From Vicugna vicugna (taxonomy: Eukaryota): 47,959 nucleotides of DNA. Each line of letters starts with the position of its first letter. The stretch's first letter is position 1. Below, piece after piece: positions 46,325 to 47,959 of this stretch. Position numbers and translations under genes: made by a program. The stretch lies in contig MU058781.1 of NCBI GenBank assembly GCA_013265495.1, positions 5,225,091 to 5,273,049 of the forward strand, written 5' to 3'. Under the pieces are notes generated by a model. It saw only the letters and a program-made list of their open reading frames with translations, searched no databases and had not been told where the DNA came from.

Positions 46325-46810
46325 CAGTGTTGAGAGTATGGGCTTTAATGGCTTGTAGTCACCTGTAATGAAGAAGAATATGTATGTATATGTATAACTG
46401 AATCACTGTGTGGTACACCAGAAACTAACACAACACTGTAAATGAAAAATTTGAAAAAAAGAGAGTTTTAAGAAACAATAAATAAATAAATATTTTAGTT
46501 AAAAAAAAAAAAACAACAGTATGGGCTTTGACAGTAAACTGCCTTGGTTTAAATCCTTGCTCTGCCACTTACTGGAAGGGTTAGCATTTGCCAGATACTT
46601 CATCTTTCTGTGCAACTGCTTCTTCTTCCATAAAATGGAAATAATATAGCACCTGTGTCATGGGGTTGTCATGCAGGTTGTTACTACACAGAAGGCACTC
46701 AGAACACCGCCCAGCCCAATGTAGATGTTACATCAGCATCATTGTTGAAAACGGTGCCAAGTTTTGTATGCACCACAGCTCTTGCATACATAGCAGGCAC
46801 TCAACAAACA
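46325..46810 (+). mobile_element. MIR split by an L1 tail insertion
   Basis: gagagtatgggcttt | ...actgccttggtttaaatccttgctctgccacttact...ccataaaatggaaataatatagcacct. Confidence 0.85.
46347..46517 (+). mobile_element. Very short L1 3' end with poly(A)
   Basis: gtataactgaatcactgtgtggtacaccagaaactaacacaacactgtaaat; exact 12-bp duplication agtatgggcttt at 46335-46346 and 46518-46529. Confidence 0.93.
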
Positions 46811-47099
46811 CGTGTTGGGCCCAGTCTGATTGGTTTTCTTCATTACCAGTATCACTAGATTAAAATAGTATTTGCCCCAAATAATACTACACCACAAACT
46901 CCTTACAGACAGTTAAAATAAATTTGTAAAAGAATAATAATTTTTGCAATAATAAAAGCATGATATTATGAAATTAATGACTGGGATTTTTTTTTTCCCG
47001 TGAAAGAGAGAAAACTGTTTGCAATCTTTCAATAAAATGGCTCTGTCAACAGCCGTAGGTCAGCGCCCACATCCACGTGTGACCTATTACCTTGAAGGT

Positions 47100-47345
47100 C
47101 GTCAGGAATGGTGGCAAGATTTGGTGACACTCTTAGCTAGTTCGGGATGTTCAGATCAAAGATGGACCCAGAAATGATGGAGAACTGACTCTACACATGT
47201 AGTCCCGCCTCACTCTGTTAAGTCCTGCTGATACTAGTTGTGCTGCAGATTACCTACAGATATGTGAGTGTGGAATTAAATGTTTATTATTTTAGCCACT
47301 GACATCTTGGAGTTGTTTGTTATGCAGAATCATTACAGTGCGAAC
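47100..47345 (+). mobile_element. MLT1 LTR 3' part
   Basis: aattaaatgtttattattttagccactgacatcttggagttgtttgttatgcag. Confidence 0.75.
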
Positions 47346-47959
47346 CTGTCCAGTGTGGAAATCGGCACTGAAAGTAGGGCATTGCCTAAAATATATGTGG
47401 CAGTGGCTTTGGGAACAGCCAGCATATAGTAAGGAAACAATAACAGAGGTTGGAAAAACGATGACCCATGTTATGTGGTGGCAAAGTATTTGCCAAAATT
47501 GTCACCTGTCAAAACCTGAAAGGCGAAAAAAAAAAAAAAGGACCAAAAGAACTTGTGAAGAGGGATAAGGGGGTTTGAGGCAGAAATGTTGATGGTGTGA
47601 GCTGGCTGTTACAAGTTGTATGCCATAAAATACAATAAGAAAGAGATGAGATCAGATAAGAACTGGCTGATTTGCAAGCAGAAAGGAAGTATATAGAGCT
47701 CAAGAATTTTGGAACTTTCAGGGCTGAACAATAAAACTGTTTCTCATCTCCAACCAGTAAAAGAGAAAACGGAAAACTCTGAGTTTGAAAAACCTACTAA
47801 GACAGCCTCCAGGGAGAGACCAAATCAAGCTTTAAAAAATCATTGAAAGGATTAAAGAGGTGCCTAATAGATTTTTTCCCCTGCAGTGGGACACAATGGA
47901 CCCACAGACGCCTGATATGTCAAAGTAACTGTTAAAGAGTAAATTGGATATCTCAAAAC
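47346..47959 (+). mobile_element. MaLR internal region (MLT1-int-like), running off the window end
   Basis: cctaaaatatatgtggcagtggctttggga and gacccatgttatgtggtggcaaag...aaattgtcacctg resemble the recalled MLT-int 5' end, directly after the LTR. Confidence 0.7.

Noticed and set aside
942-47703. ORF-track entries as protein-coding genes
   Set aside because: Apart from L1 ORF2 fragments none resembles a protein I recognise; lengths fit chance, and several are inflated by N-runs or repeats
1-47959. CRISPR arrays, operons, defence systems or any prokaryotic/viral system
   Set aside because: No regularly spaced repeats and no long ORFs; the content is typical mammalian interspersed repeats

Overview
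Mammalian nuclear DNA, very probably camelid (Camelus, Vicugna or Lama). Four copies of a tRNA-Ala-derived SINE, three with the AAACCTAATTACC-type 3' segment, match the camelid Vic-1 family as I recall it. The window looks intergenic or deep-intronic. I recognise no host protein-coding gene, RNA gene, CRISPR array or prokaryotic system. The only recognisable protein fragments are LINE-1 ORF2 C-termini. Much of the window is transposon-derived: several L1 3' ends, L2, many MIRs, MER5A, a MER21 LTR, nine MaLR (MLT1) LTRs and one MLT1 internal region. Repeat family names come from recalled consensus sequences, not a database search, and boundaries of old repeats are approximate. The six N-runs lie in or beside repeats, and at least one preserves the true sequence length. 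Best leads: (1) a signal-peptide-like exon with a perfect phase-1 donor downstream of a TATA box (24.6-24.9 kb), with two phase-compatible downstream exon candidates; (2) an NF-kB/C-EBP motif cluster (5.4-5.8 kb); (3) a CpG-rich, LTR-like unit I cannot assign (42.3-43.1 kb); (4) palindromes matching RFX, EBF and p53-family motifs; (5) a 21-bp exact repeat 4.8 kb apart; (6) a twin-primed L1. All functional interpretations are hypotheses. I found no convincing novel biological system.
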